From an uncultured delta proteobacterium (GTDB lineage Bacteria > Myxococcota_A > Polyangia > Polyangiales > Polyangiaceae): a DNA stretch of 64,000 nucleotides. The notes beneath the pieces were generated by a model. That model made no database searches. It was not told where the DNA came from and worked only from the letters and a program-made list of their open reading frames with translations. Made by a program: the position numbers and the translations under genes. Location: positions 160,001-224,000 of the forward strand of contig CAWDXG010000003.1 in assembly GCA_963806225.1 (NCBI GenBank), read 5' to 3'. Shown here in pieces: positions 51,501 to 60,613 of the stretch. Within the stretch, counting starts at the first letter, position 1, and every line of letters starts with the position of its first letter.

Positions 51501-53491
51501 TAGAGCGTGGCCTGGTCCTTCGCCTTGGCGTTGAGCTGCGCGCGTTCGTCGATCGCTGCGGCGGCCTGGTCCCACGCTTCGACCTGCACAAAGCACCGCT
51601 CGGCCGCTTCCCAGAGGCCGGGATCCTTCGCGAGCGCGGCGCCCTCGGCGAAGGCGTCGCCCGCGCCGGCGATCTCGCCTGCGGACTGGCGGAGCTCGCC
51701 GAGCTTGCGGAACAAGAGGCCGCGCGCCCGTTCGTCGCCGACGCTGCCGATGTTGTCCGCGATCACCTGGGCGGCCAGATCGTGCCGCTCGCCCTTCTCG
51801 AAGTGACGCACCGCCGTGTTGATGGCGGTCTCGTCCTCCGGCGTGAGGCTCGCGATGCGCGCCCACGCCTCGCCGGTGGCCACCGGATCCTTGCGCTTCT
51901 GCTCGTGGATCTTGGCGATCGCCTTCTCCATGGAAAGGCGCGCTTCGATGTCCGTCGTCTGCTCCGCTTCCTGCTCCAGCAGGGTGGTGAGGTCGTCCCA
52001 GTGCCCGGCGCGTTCCAGCAGGCGTCGAAGCTGGTTCTTCGGGCCCTCCTCGCCGCGGTCGATCGAGACGAGCTGCTTCCAGGCCTGGATGGCCGTGTCG
52101 AGATCCCTGAGCTGCGTCTCGCAGAGCCCGGCGATCTCCCGCAACCAGCCCTTGCGCGCATCGATATCGACGCCGGGAACGCGGCACGCCTCGAGCAGCA
52201 TGTCGCGCAGATCAGCGTATTTGCGCGTCTGGCGGAGGTAGCCCTCGAGGAAGCCCACCGCCTCCTCGTTGGACGGCTCGAGCTCGATCACCTCGCGGTA
52301 CTTCGCGGCCGCGTCGGACTTCTTCCCCTTGCGGACGAGCTGCTCGGCAACGTCGAGCAGACCGCGGACGCGTTCGGGGTTCGGCGCATCCGCGGACGGC
52401 GCCAGCGCGTCGAGCATGGAGTCGTCGGCGATGCCGCCTTCGTGCACCGTCTGCGACACGAGCTGCCGCGCCTCGCCGGCGAGCGCGCCCTGCGGGTTCG
52501 CCTTGAGATACGCTGCCGCGTACGACGCAACCTCGGAGGAACGACCAAGCTCGGCGCCGTAGTAGATCGCGAGCTGGATGGCACGGTCGTTCGCGGCATC
52601 GACCTCGAGCGCGCAAACCGAATACGAATAGCCGTGCTCGCCGGGGAACTCCTCCGCGAGCTCGACGAAGAGCTGGGCGGCTTCGCCCTGCTCGCTGTCG
52701 TGCACCGATTCGCCAGCCTGCACGCGTTCGAGCACGAGGCCCGCGATCTGCTGCTTCAGTCCGGCGTCCTGCCCGCCTTCGATGGAACGTGCAGCGCGCA
52801 ACGCTTCCGTCGAACCGGACAGGTCGCCAGCGTTGCGCCGCACTTCCGCTTCGTCCTGGTACAGCGCGATCTGCCGTTCGGCATCGCCAACCAGGGCCTG
52901 CTCCATAGCGAAATACGGAATCGCATCGGCCCACTGGCCGGCGCTCTTGTGCAGCTCGCGGAGCGCGTAGATCGCGTACTGGCTGTTCGGGTCGTACTCG
53001 ACCGCGCGGCGGAAGTTGTCGATCGCCTTCCTGGATTGGGAAAGCGGTGGCTCGGACCACAGGCGGCCCAGCTCCTCGTGGATACCGGCAACGTGACCGC
53101 GCATCTCCGGATCGTGTTGCGCCAACGGAGCGAGCGCCTTGGCGCGGCGCTCGAGCAACGCAACCAGCGCCTTGGTATCGCCCTTGTCGCGGTACAGATC
53201 GGCGAGTCGTTCGGCCGGGGTCGCCTGCGTCGGATCGCGATCGATCGCGATCATCAACGCGCGTGCCGCGCGGTGCGCGTCGCCGAGCGTCGTCGTCCAG
53301 ACGTTGGCGGCTTCGGTCAACCAGTGACAGGCGAACGCCGGATCACTGGTCGCTGTTCCGACCTTCTCGAGCAGCATCGCGTACGAGCGCGGATCACTCT
53401 GACCCGCATGGTGCGCATACGTGATGGCTTCCTGATCGTGCGGATTGTGGACCAGTCGCTGAACCAGCGCGTCCATCTCACGAGGGTCCAT
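48563..53491 (-). CDS. giant TPR/alpha-solenoid protein (1642 aa) with Pro-rich and acidic C-terminal tail
   Basis: Continuous TPR-like repeats (e.g. LARKVARLWEEKLDDPREAADAWRRVL); no signal peptide; strong codon bias. Confidence 0.88.
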   Translation of the reverse strand: MDPREMDALVQRLVHNPHDQEAITYAHHAGQSDPRSYAMLLEKVGTATSDPAFACHWLTEAANVWTTTLGDAHRAARALMIAIDRDPTQATPAERLADLYRDKGDTKALVALLERRAKALAPLAQHDPEMRGHVAGIHEELGRLWSEPPLSQSRKAIDNFRRAVEYDPNSQYAIYALRELHKSAGQWADAIPYFAMEQALVGDAERQIALYQDEAEVRRNAGDLSGSTEALRAARSIEGGQDAGLKQQIAGLVLERVQAGESVHDSEQGEAAQLFVELAEEFPGEHGYSYSVCALEVDAANDRAIQLAIYYGAELGRSSEVASYAAAYLKANPQGALAGEARQLVSQTVHEGGIADDSMLDALAPSADAPNPERVRGLLDVAEQLVRKGKKSDAAAKYREVIELEPSNEEAVGFLEGYLRQTRKYADLRDMLLEACRVPGVDIDARKGWLREIAGLCETQLRDLDTAIQAWKQLVSIDRGEEGPKNQLRRLLERAGHWDDLTTLLEQEAEQTTDIEARLSMEKAIAKIHEQKRKDPVATGEAWARIASLTPEDETAINTAVRHFEKGERHDLAAQVIADNIGSVGDERARGLLFRKLGELRQSAGEIAGAGDAFAEGAALAKDPGLWEAAERCFVQVEAWDQAAAAIDERAQLNAKAKDQATLYATEADYLGRAGDESSAVLRLEQATDLDPVNDEYAAALEERYNLASRTEDLAAFLLRRADKLKDKDARVSLRKRAAELQRDVLGNPDAARESLQQVLADGDDAEALSLLADDAEQRTEFGDAVGFLHRLSKTISDRAQKAEVVLREARMVAAGLDDAEGAIERYELVLKELDPKNEEALSAVADLHEKNNNLKGTAEALERHLKVIEERQARLDIAQRLAQLYEGPLDDKRAAIRVLDIVRELDEEDFDALQRLCDLAEAVEDWERVADHTAALVSIEGDEAEVGRMTRKLAGILHEKLDKGDEALAALMSVADTGDDECRKDYVELGDKLGWKGIVATKLVEWYLESPVGPPRNEALRGAFDRFLEVGREADAANIAKELARTRGADAELAKQLEDVAVKLKDLDALGVAHDLMVEDLSGPPRAEEMVRQAEVLLSAGVAPPEAMQHGEQALTSVSPDEVDPLLERLSKLAADPGQVIDLYERQVTRCKAPPDRLNALARAAQVAAEHGALDRARNFFDIALGGGVQDDTLEKLQEMAHASDDAVGDARLRRTLAEALAAGGTGSRDGGRTRSAFLRRAAMLAYRDLEDVDKAFQWLGDSLVTHVDDEGLDALTGLAEEVGDPRRAETVLGRALEEVFDGPLVRKLLARRASLRRDRLDDKVGAAGDLKRLHDLSPSDTDVMEQLSALYTELQDWRGMVQLYEDQILRGKDAGSRAELARKVARLWEEKLDDPREAADAWRRVLRMKSGDPEATEGLERAKANMLKKKSEPEPEPEPPPKPEPPPAEAVLATAEDAAPAPEPGAEAVDAAGGDEDEDQPTIPPDASAQGGAVDEANAALDELIAHDKPERPDLGFPAQDEVTLSAEMEEMDSSGSEPGPPPGSAPPPPPARSAPPPPPSRSAHPPPRSAPPPPPSSRSAHPPPPPPPPPVATAAAAGAAAFDTTDTTDVTGPAVGEDAESVAVDEEELIVDEDELLED

Positions 53492-53621
53492 GTCGCGGCG
53501 ACGCTAACACGCGGCATATCCCAGCCGCAACGCGGGTTTAGCTGGGTTCGCATCCCGCCCGCCGGAGGTCTCGCGGGCGCGCTGTCGCGCGCGCCGTACC
53601 GGGGGCGGACCGGCCTGCCGG

Positions 53622-55139
53622 CTATTCGAATCGACCGTACTTGTCCCCGGCTTTCCGGTCCAGATCGACCGGCGCGGGAGCGTGCCGGCGGACGGGAGCC
53701 GCATGACGGGGTGCCTTGAGGGTTGTCGAGTGTCGTTGTGCCTTTTCCACTCTGGCGCTACTCGCCTCCGCCCCGGCATCGCTCGCGGCCTGCGCACCGC
53801 CGTCGGCGGTCAGGGGCGGAGCGCCCGGCTCGGGTGCGAGCGCGACAAGCGGAACCGACCCCGCCGGCTGTGCCGCGGACGCGGCAGCATGGGCTCGGGG
53901 CGGCGAGCTCAGCAGCCGCACCACCAGGTAGCCTCCGGAGAAGAGCAGCAGCGCGCCCAGCGCGCCCGCACTCGCCACGATGGCCCTGCGCGTCCGCGGC
54001 GAAGCCGGCACGCCGGGTGCGGACCACGACGTTGCGTGCACTCCGGTAACGACTGCGCCGGATTGCTCCATCGCTGCATCGAGCTCGGCGATGAACTGTT
54101 CGGCGCTCGCCGGTCGATCCGCGGGCGACTTGGCCAACACGCGACGCACGACGCGTTCGAGCAGCGGGGGCACCAGCGTCTGGGGGGACACCTGCCGCAT
54201 GGGCGGCGGCTCCTCCTTGATGTGGCGCGCCATCACGACCACCGCGTCGTCGTCGACATAGGGCGCGCGCCCCGTCAGCATCTGGAACAGGATCACGCCG
54301 AGCGAATACAGATCGCTGCGCGCGTCCAGCGGATTGCCCTGTGCCTGCTCGGGCGACATGTAGCGCGGCGTTCCGAACACGGTGCCCGCCTGCGTCTCGA
54401 GCTGATCCACTTTCTGCTCGTCGCTCAGGACCTTGGCGATCCCGAAGTCGAGTACCTTGCAGGTCTGCACACCCGGATTGCCTGCTTCGTCGGGCAGCGT
54501 GACGAGGAACAGATTGTCCGGCTTGAGGTCGCGGTGGACGATGCCCTTGGCGTGGGCTTCGGCGAGCGACTTGAGCGCTTCGCGGGCGACCCGCACCGCG
54601 TCCAGCACCGGAAGGCGGCGCGTACGTTTGAGCCGCTGTCCCAGCGTCTCGCCGTCGAGCAGCTCCATTGCAAGGAACCACGCGCCGTCCTCGGCGGCAC
54701 CGAAGTCGAACACCGTCACCGTGTGCGGGCTGACCAGCGCGCTGGTGGCGCGCGCTTCGCGCTCGAAACGGGCCTTGGTCTCCGGATCGTAGGCGCGATC
54801 GCGCCGCACGATCTTGAGCGCGACATCACGCCCGACCGCCTCCTGACGGGCGCGGTAGACGGCTCCCATCGATCCCGAGCCCAGCCGGGACAGGATCGTG
54901 AAGCGCCCGGCCACCGTGGTGCCGAGCATCACATCACCATGCGCCGCGGCCAGCTCCCCGCCGTCGACGAACGCCAGCCCGTGCTCGGGACAACGCGGCA
55001 GCGCGCCCGGACCCTGGGGTTCGTGCCCGGACGGTACCGCCTCGAGCTGCCGGTGACAGCGCGGACAAACCTGCCCACGCAGCGCGCTGAGCGGCGGCAA
55101 AGTTGCGTCGGAATCCTGAAGCGGGTGACTAGAGCCCAT
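53622..55139 (-). CDS. membrane Ser/Thr protein kinase with N-terminal Cys/His motif
   Basis: CPRCH..CPEHG; LGSGSMGAVY, VALK, HRDLKPDN, DFGIAK, GTPRYMSPEQ, SDLYSLG; one TM segment. Confidence 0.95.
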   Translation of the reverse strand: MGSSHPLQDSDATLPPLSALRGQVCPRCHRQLEAVPSGHEPQGPGALPRCPEHGLAFVDGGELAAAHGDVMLGTTVAGRFTILSRLGSGSMGAVYRARQEAVGRDVALKIVRRDRAYDPETKARFEREARATSALVSPHTVTVFDFGAAEDGAWFLAMELLDGETLGQRLKRTRRLPVLDAVRVAREALKSLAEAHAKGIVHRDLKPDNLFLVTLPDEAGNPGVQTCKVLDFGIAKVLSDEQKVDQLETQAGTVFGTPRYMSPEQAQGNPLDARSDLYSLGVILFQMLTGRAPYVDDDAVVVMARHIKEEPPPMRQVSPQTLVPPLLERVVRRVLAKSPADRPASAEQFIAELDAAMEQSGAVVTGVHATSWSAPGVPASPRTRRAIVASAGALGALLLFSGGYLVVRLLSSPPRAHAAASAAQPAGSVPLVALAPEPGAPPLTADGGAQAASDAGAEASSARVEKAQRHSTTLKAPRHAAPVRRHAPAPVDLDRKAGDKYGRFE

Positions 55140-55168
55140 GGACGAGGCTCCCCCTCCAGATCAATTAC

Positions 55169-56236
55169 CTACAAGGGGACACACCGCAAGACGTACGTGC
55201 CGTTCGAGTTCACCGGCCGGCATCCAAGCTTGGAATTCCCGCAATCGGAGTCCCGGCAGCAGGCGTCCGAGCAGATTTTCTGGCCGCCGCCCACGTCCAG
55301 GCACTTGCCGGAGCGGCAATCGGCGTCGCCGGCGCAGGCCGCACCCGTGGCCCCGCTGCCGGTGCCGCCCTGCGGGATCAGGCAAAGCCGCGTCCCGACG
55401 CCGTTCTGGACGTAGTACGCGCACGAAAAACCAAGACCGCCGACGGCGATGCCGCAGTCGGTGCTCTTGCAGCACGGCTGGCTGCACAGATTGCCGACCC
55501 CGACGTTGATGCACGCGCGGCTCTGGCAGTCCTCGTTCTGGTTGCACGGTTGCTGGTAGCCCTGCGCGCCGGACGCAGAGCAGTAGAAGGAATCGTAGGG
55601 CTCGTTCTGGATCGGCCCCAGCGCACAGGAGGACGCAGAAGCCGCGGGGCAGTCCCCATTGCTGCAGCACGTATCGATGCACACGCCGCTCGCTCCACAG
55701 GCGCCCGACCTGCAGTCCGCGTCCGCACCGCAGGCGGAACCGTCCGCACCGCTGCCGGGAGTGCCGCGCCCCACCTCGGACGCGCGGCGGCACACCGCCG
55801 CACCCCTGGAGGTGGGCCAGCACACGGCGTCGCCGCTGCCACACTCCGCGGAGGTGCAGCAGCCGCGGGTGCAGAAGGGGCCGCCCGACTGTCCGAGAAC
55901 CGCCTGGGGATCGAGGCAGAACAGACCAGCAGGGCATGCTCCGCCTTGCCCGCAGGGTTTGCCGACGGAACCGTCCGCCGTGCCGCCGTCACCGCAGCCG
56001 TCGTCGACCACGCCGTTGCAGTCATTGTCGACCCCGTCGCCGCAGGCGTCGGTCTTCTGGCAGTCCACGCACGCGCCCGCACCGCAGACCTGCCCCGGTC
56101 CGCAGGCCGGCGGACCGATCGCGCCGGGGTCGCTGCACTTCACGTGATCCAGATTGGACGGCACGATCAGGCTGCAGCCACCCAGCAGTGCGAGCGCCAG
56201 CACCGCGGCACCCACGACAGCCTGTCCCAACCTCAA
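55169..56236 (-). CDS. Cys-rich lipoprotein
   Basis: Lipobox LLGGC; CGDGVDNDCNGVVDDGC; repeated C...DCRSG.C units. Confidence 0.82.
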   Translation of the reverse strand: MRLGQAVVGAAVLALALLGGCSLIVPSNLDHVKCSDPGAIGPPACGPGQVCGAGACVDCQKTDACGDGVDNDCNGVVDDGCGDGGTADGSVGKPCGQGGACPAGLFCLDPQAVLGQSGGPFCTRGCCTSAECGSGDAVCWPTSRGAAVCRRASEVGRGTPGSGADGSACGADADCRSGACGASGVCIDTCCSNGDCPAASASSCALGPIQNEPYDSFYCSASGAQGYQQPCNQNEDCQSRACINVGVGNLCSQPCCKSTDCGIAVGGLGFSCAYYVQNGVGTRLCLIPQGGTGSGATGAACAGDADCRSGKCLDVGGGQKICSDACCRDSDCGNSKLGCRPVNSNGTYVLRCVPL

Positions 56237-57114
56237 AATCTCATCCCCCAGCTAAAACCGGGTGCGGGCACAGCGCTCGGCGGCAGGGCGGGCATCGAGC
56301 GGGACACGTCGGCTCGCGCCGGAGCCGGCGCCCGCATGAAGTACAGCGCTCCGGCGGCCGCGCCGGACAGGATCCCGACGGCGAACGAAACGTCGGCCAC
56401 GACGGCATAGGAATGCGCGCGGCTCTGATCGTCCTGCATTCGGGAGTAGCTCCGGCTTCCGCCTGTCGACTGGTCGACGCCCGGCTCGGTGGCCAGGGCG
56501 CGGATACCGAAGATGCTGCCCACCACTACCGCCGCGGCTGCCACGCCGCCGGCGACATACACCCAGGTGTCAAGCCGCCCACGATGGCCCGGAGTCGAGC
56601 TGCCGGTCTTCTGGCTCGAGCCGGCATCCGGACTTTTCGTGCTCTCCGGACCTTCCGGGCTCTGCCGGCCGGAGGCGCTCGCATCCGCTGGCGTCTCGAC
56701 CTCGCGCCGGGCGCCCTCGAGACGCCGCAGGATGGCGCGAGCCCGCTGGCGTTCCGCCGGATCCTGCTCCATCCGCATGTAGTGGTGGAACTCGCGGATC
56801 GCGTCGTCGATCTGGCCGAGCTTCTCGTAGACGAGCCCCCGGTTATAGACGAGATCCTTGCCGTGCGGGTCGAGCGCGATAGCCTGGTTCAGCTCCTCGA
56901 TCGCCTCGCGATACTTCCCCTTGCGGTAGCGCTCGAGCGCCTTCTTGAAGTGCTTCCTCGCCAGCTGGACGGCCGCCGGCGAACCCTGCGCGGGCAGGGT
57001 CTTCGACTCGGCGTCCGATGCCCCAGCGGGGGGGCGTGCCGCCGCCACTCCCGGCAGCCCGAGAACGAGGACCAGGGAGAGTGCGCAGCACGAAAAGCCG
57101 CACCGGCATCTCAT
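56233..57114 (-). CDS. secreted TPR protein with C-terminal hydrophobic helices
   Basis: Signal peptide; TPR ARKHFKKALERY..LVYNRGLVYEKLG; hydrophobic hairpin; ends GFSWGMRF. Confidence 0.8.
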   Translation of the reverse strand: MRCRCGFSCCALSLVLVLGLPGVAAARPPAGASDAESKTLPAQGSPAAVQLARKHFKKALERYRKGKYREAIEELNQAIALDPHGKDLVYNRGLVYEKLGQIDDAIREFHHYMRMEQDPAERQRARAILRRLEGARREVETPADASASGRQSPEGPESTKSPDAGSSQKTGSSTPGHRGRLDTWVYVAGGVAAAAVVVGSIFGIRALATEPGVDQSTGGSRSYSRMQDDQSRAHSYAVVADVSFAVGILSGAAAGALYFMRAPAPARADVSRSMPALPPSAVPAPGFSWGMRF

Positions 57115-57267
57115 GCAACATCCAGCATAGCGTAACGGGCTAGATTTCGCCTCCAGAATGCCGCTCGCCCGCACGGCAACGCCAGAGCACGCCTGGCGGC
57201 GTAAGTCGGCGCCGCCTTGTTCGTTGTGTTTTCCGAGAGCCCGGTAGCCGGGCCGAACGGAGGACCC

Positions 57268-57942
57268 ATGCAACGCACGCGAGACCGGAGCGCGCGAATC
57301 CGCGCCGGAAAGACCCCCTATCTTCTGCTCGGTGGGCTGGCGGGCCTGGCCCTGGTCGCCCTCGGCACGCCGGCCCGCGCCGAGGGCTTCGCCCAGCCAC
57401 CGGACGACCCGGTGATCGCCGAGGGGCAGTCGCCCCCCCGCGATCGCAGCGACTACAACGACAACTACGAGCGCTACTACACACCGCAGTCGACCGTGCG
57501 GCTGATGACAGGACCGGCGCTCAGGGTTTCGCGGGAGAGCCCCGACGGCGGCCTGTTTGCTGCCGTGGACATCGGCGAGCGCGCGGCGGGCCTGCGGCTT
57601 TCGGGCAGCTGGGTGCGGGTCGGCAGCGCCCGCGGACTGTCGCAATACACCGGGGAGCTCTGGCTCGACTTCGGCAGCGGAAAGCGCCTGCACCCGATCC
57701 TCGGTGCGGGCGCCGGTGTGGCGCGCGAAAACCAGAAGGATGCGACGAGCGGCGCTCTCGAGTCACACACGCTGGGCATCGGACTGCTACGTGGCAGTCT
57801 GCAGTACTCGCTACCTGTGCGCGACACCGACGCGCGCGCCGCGCTTGATGTGATCGGCAGCGTTCCGGCCATCCGCGGCAGCTCGTCCGTCGACTCCTCG
57901 CCCTGGCTGCTGGTCGTCGCCAGCGTCGGCGTCGGTTTCTAG
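57268..57942 (+). CDS. hypothetical outer-membrane beta-barrel protein
   Basis: GGAGG RBS; signal peptide ..PARA; LHPILGAGAG; ends ASVGVGF. Confidence 0.7.
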   Translation: MQRTRDRSARIRAGKTPYLLLGGLAGLALVALGTPARAEGFAQPPDDPVIAEGQSPPRDRSDYNDNYERYYTPQSTVRLMTGPALRVSRESPDGGLFAAVDIGERAAGLRLSGSWVRVGSARGLSQYTGELWLDFGSGKRLHPILGAGAGVARENQKDATSGALESHTLGIGLLRGSLQYSLPVRDTDARAALDVIGSVPAIRGSSSVDSSPWLLVVASVGVGF

Positions 57943-57996
57943 CTGCGGAAAGCAGCGCGCCTTGTCGGGACAGGCGGGGCGGCTAGACTGCCGGAA

Positions 57997-58926
57997 GTGG
58001 ACGAAAACCCGCCATCGCCGATACGCGATCCCTTCGCTCCGGGCAGCCCCGCCGGACCGGTAGGGACGAGCGGAGCGGCGATCGGCTCGTTCGTCAGCGC
58101 GCTCATGGGGTTCGTGTGCCTGTGGGGCGTCGGCGGACTGCTCGCCATCGCGCTGGGTCTGGTGGCGCGCGGCGACATCGAACGATCGGAGGGGCGCCGT
58201 GGCGGCAGGGGCCTGGCGAACGCGGGCATCGCGCTCGGCGCGCTGAACCTGGTCGCCTCGGTGGTCGCGCTCGGCGCACTGATCACCTGGGCCGCGCGAC
58301 CGTCGAAGATCGTGCCGCCGTCCCGGCCGACCGTGGCGGTCTCGCCGCTGCCCTCGGTCGCCCCTCGGTCGCCCACGCCAGCGCCGTCACCGTCGGCAGC
58401 GCCCACCGGACATGGCACAAGCGCCTCGTTGCCCGCGCCGGGCAAGGCGTCCAGACAGAACGGCGTGATCGAGACCCGCGTAGGGCGCATCACGCTGGTC
58501 GACGTGGGGCCCGACATCCCGTCGTTGCAGAGCGAGCTCGACCACCAGCGAACGCTCGCCAGGACCAACAAGCAGAAGCTGCTCGTCTGGCTCGTCGTCA
58601 AGGACTGCCACCCCTGCAACGGGGTTGCCGCCGCCCTCGGGGACCGGCGCATGCAGCGCGCTCTCGCCGACGTCCGGCTGGTCCGGATCGACGTGAACGA
58701 TTTCGCGCTGGAGCTGGCCAGGCTGCACATTCCCGTCCAGAAGCTTCCCGGGTTCGCTCTCCTCGGAACGGACGACCGCCCGGTCGACTTCGTCCACGGC
58801 GGCGAGTGGGATGCAGACATTCCCGCCAACATCGCCCCCGTCCTGGGCAGCTTCGTGCGCGGAACCTACACGAAGCGCCGCCATCCGTGGCACGGCGGGC
58901 GGCGCGACGACGAGACACCGATCTGA
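57997..58926 (+). CDS. DUF4190-like membrane domain fused to a thioredoxin-like CxxC domain
   Basis: LAIALGLVARGDIERSEGRRGGRGLANAGIALG; KLLVWLVVKDCHPC; LVRIDVND; KLPGFALL. Confidence 0.75.
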   Translation: MDENPPSPIRDPFAPGSPAGPVGTSGAAIGSFVSALMGFVCLWGVGGLLAIALGLVARGDIERSEGRRGGRGLANAGIALGALNLVASVVALGALITWAARPSKIVPPSRPTVAVSPLPSVAPRSPTPAPSPSAAPTGHGTSASLPAPGKASRQNGVIETRVGRITLVDVGPDIPSLQSELDHQRTLARTNKQKLLVWLVVKDCHPCNGVAAALGDRRMQRALADVRLVRIDVNDFALELARLHIPVQKLPGFALLGTDDRPVDFVHGGEWDADIPANIAPVLGSFVRGTYTKRRHPWHGGRRDDETPI

Positions 58927-59024
58927 ACCGTGACACGCGGCCGCGCCCGGCCGGAAGCAGGCGCCAGCCGGCGCTGGCATGCCTTGTCCGGCTGGAAGCC
59001 AACCGCTAGTATCCGGCGCGCGGT

Positions 59025-60593
59025 ATGTCCGGCGCACAACACATCGGTACCCCTCTCCCAGTCGGTTCCACCATCATCCCCGGGACGCTCCGGGCGGGCA
59101 TGGAGGAGCGCCGGGCCAAGGCCACGCACCACACCCTGAAGCAGGCCGTCGGTATCGTCGTGCCTCTCTGCGTGGAGGTCGCCGAGCGTCATGCAGCCGG
59201 CGAGACGCTCTTTCTGCACCCCTCGACGGTCGTCACCGACGAGCTCGGCCACTACCACGTCTCGCCGGAGCTCTCGCAGAGCCCACCCACGCTGCCGCGG
59301 GACCGGGTGTGTCTAGCTCCCGAGGAGCGCAACGGCCAGCCGGGCAACGCGCGCGCCAGCGTGTACGCGATCGGTGCCATCCTCTACGAGCTGGTGACCG
59401 GCGAGACGGTGGGCCCGGGCATGCGCCGCCCGACCGAGGTCGTCCCGACCCTCCCCGTCGAGCTGGAGGCGGTGCTCAGCAAGGCGCTGGTCGCCGACCC
59501 GGAACACCGACCCGACGACCTCAACGCGCTGGCGCAGGCCATGCATCACATGGCCCCTTCGGGCAGCATTCCGCCGCCGGAGGCCGACGAATCCCACCTG
59601 GATCACGACGAGAAGTTCGAGGTCGACGTGTCCATGTCGATGATGCCGCCGGCGCCGGCCGTGCCGGGCGGCTTCGACCAGGGCGCAGCAAGCCCCTACG
59701 ACATGCTCATCCAGGAGAAAGTCGTCGCTCCTCCGCCGCAGAGCGACTCGACGAACGAGCTGAGCCTGCTCAAGGCCCGGCTCGAGAGCGATCCGCGGCC
59801 GCGCTACGTGGTCATCAGGGAGGGCATGGACCACGGCCCGTTCAGCGCCGTCGAGCTGCTGCAGCAGATCGCCACCCACAATTTCGTCGATGGCGATGTG
59901 CTCAGGGACACCTTCAGCAAGGACGAGCGCCCCGTCAAGGACTGGGACGAGTTCGCCCCGTTCGCGGAGCACGCGCGCCTCCACCGCGACATCAAGGCCG
60001 AGAAGGAAGCCATCGAGCGCGTCGTGGTCGAAGAGCGCAAGAGCACGACGAGCAAGGCGCTCATCGGCGTCGGCGTGGTGGGCGCGCTGCTGGTGATCGC
60101 CGTCGTGTGGTTCCTCACCCAGCGCGGCAGCAAGAGCGACCGCATCGCCGTGCAGGGCGAAACCGTGACGAACATCGAGACGGACGCCGGGCTCAAGGTG
60201 CCCAAGAGGAAGCACCATCGCGGACGCGGAGGCGTGGTCGGCTCGCAGGGCGGCATCCCGATCCTCGCAGGCGGCACCAGCTGCGAGGCCGCGCTAGCCG
60301 CCTACAACGAGGAGATCAGCATCGGAGGCAAGAAAGGGCCGGCCGACATCACCGCGGGGCAGTACGGTTCGGTCCTGAACCGCGGCAGCTACTTCTCGCA
60401 CTGCGGCGTTCCCAACAGCATGAGCGTCAGCATCTGCGCCGCTGTGCAGAACGGCCACGCCGTCGGTGTCTCGGTGTACACCAAGCCCCGCGATCGCAGG
60501 GTCGCCGGTTGCGTGGCCTCGAGCGTGCGGGGACTACATTTCCCGAGTAACCCGCGACTCGATGTGACGCGCACGACGTTCGCCGCGCAGTAG
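59025..60593 (+). CDS. membrane protein: degenerate kinase C-lobe, GYF_2-like domain, TM segment and Cys-containing periplasmic domain
   Basis: LAPEE..ARASVYAIGAILYELVTG..LSKALVADPEHRP without HRD/DFG; YVVIREGMDHGPFSAVEL; TM LIGVGVVGALLVIAVVWFL. Confidence 0.78.
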   Translation: MSGAQHIGTPLPVGSTIIPGTLRAGMEERRAKATHHTLKQAVGIVVPLCVEVAERHAAGETLFLHPSTVVTDELGHYHVSPELSQSPPTLPRDRVCLAPEERNGQPGNARASVYAIGAILYELVTGETVGPGMRRPTEVVPTLPVELEAVLSKALVADPEHRPDDLNALAQAMHHMAPSGSIPPPEADESHLDHDEKFEVDVSMSMMPPAPAVPGGFDQGAASPYDMLIQEKVVAPPPQSDSTNELSLLKARLESDPRPRYVVIREGMDHGPFSAVELLQQIATHNFVDGDVLRDTFSKDERPVKDWDEFAPFAEHARLHRDIKAEKEAIERVVVEERKSTTSKALIGVGVVGALLVIAVVWFLTQRGSKSDRIAVQGETVTNIETDAGLKVPKRKHHRGRGGVVGSQGGIPILAGGTSCEAALAAYNEEISIGGKKGPADITAGQYGSVLNRGSYFSHCGVPNSMSVSICAAVQNGHAVGVSVYTKPRDRRVAGCVASSVRGLHFPSNPRLDVTRTTFAAQ

Positions 60594-60613
60594 CGCTGGC
60601 AGGAGGGGAGCCC

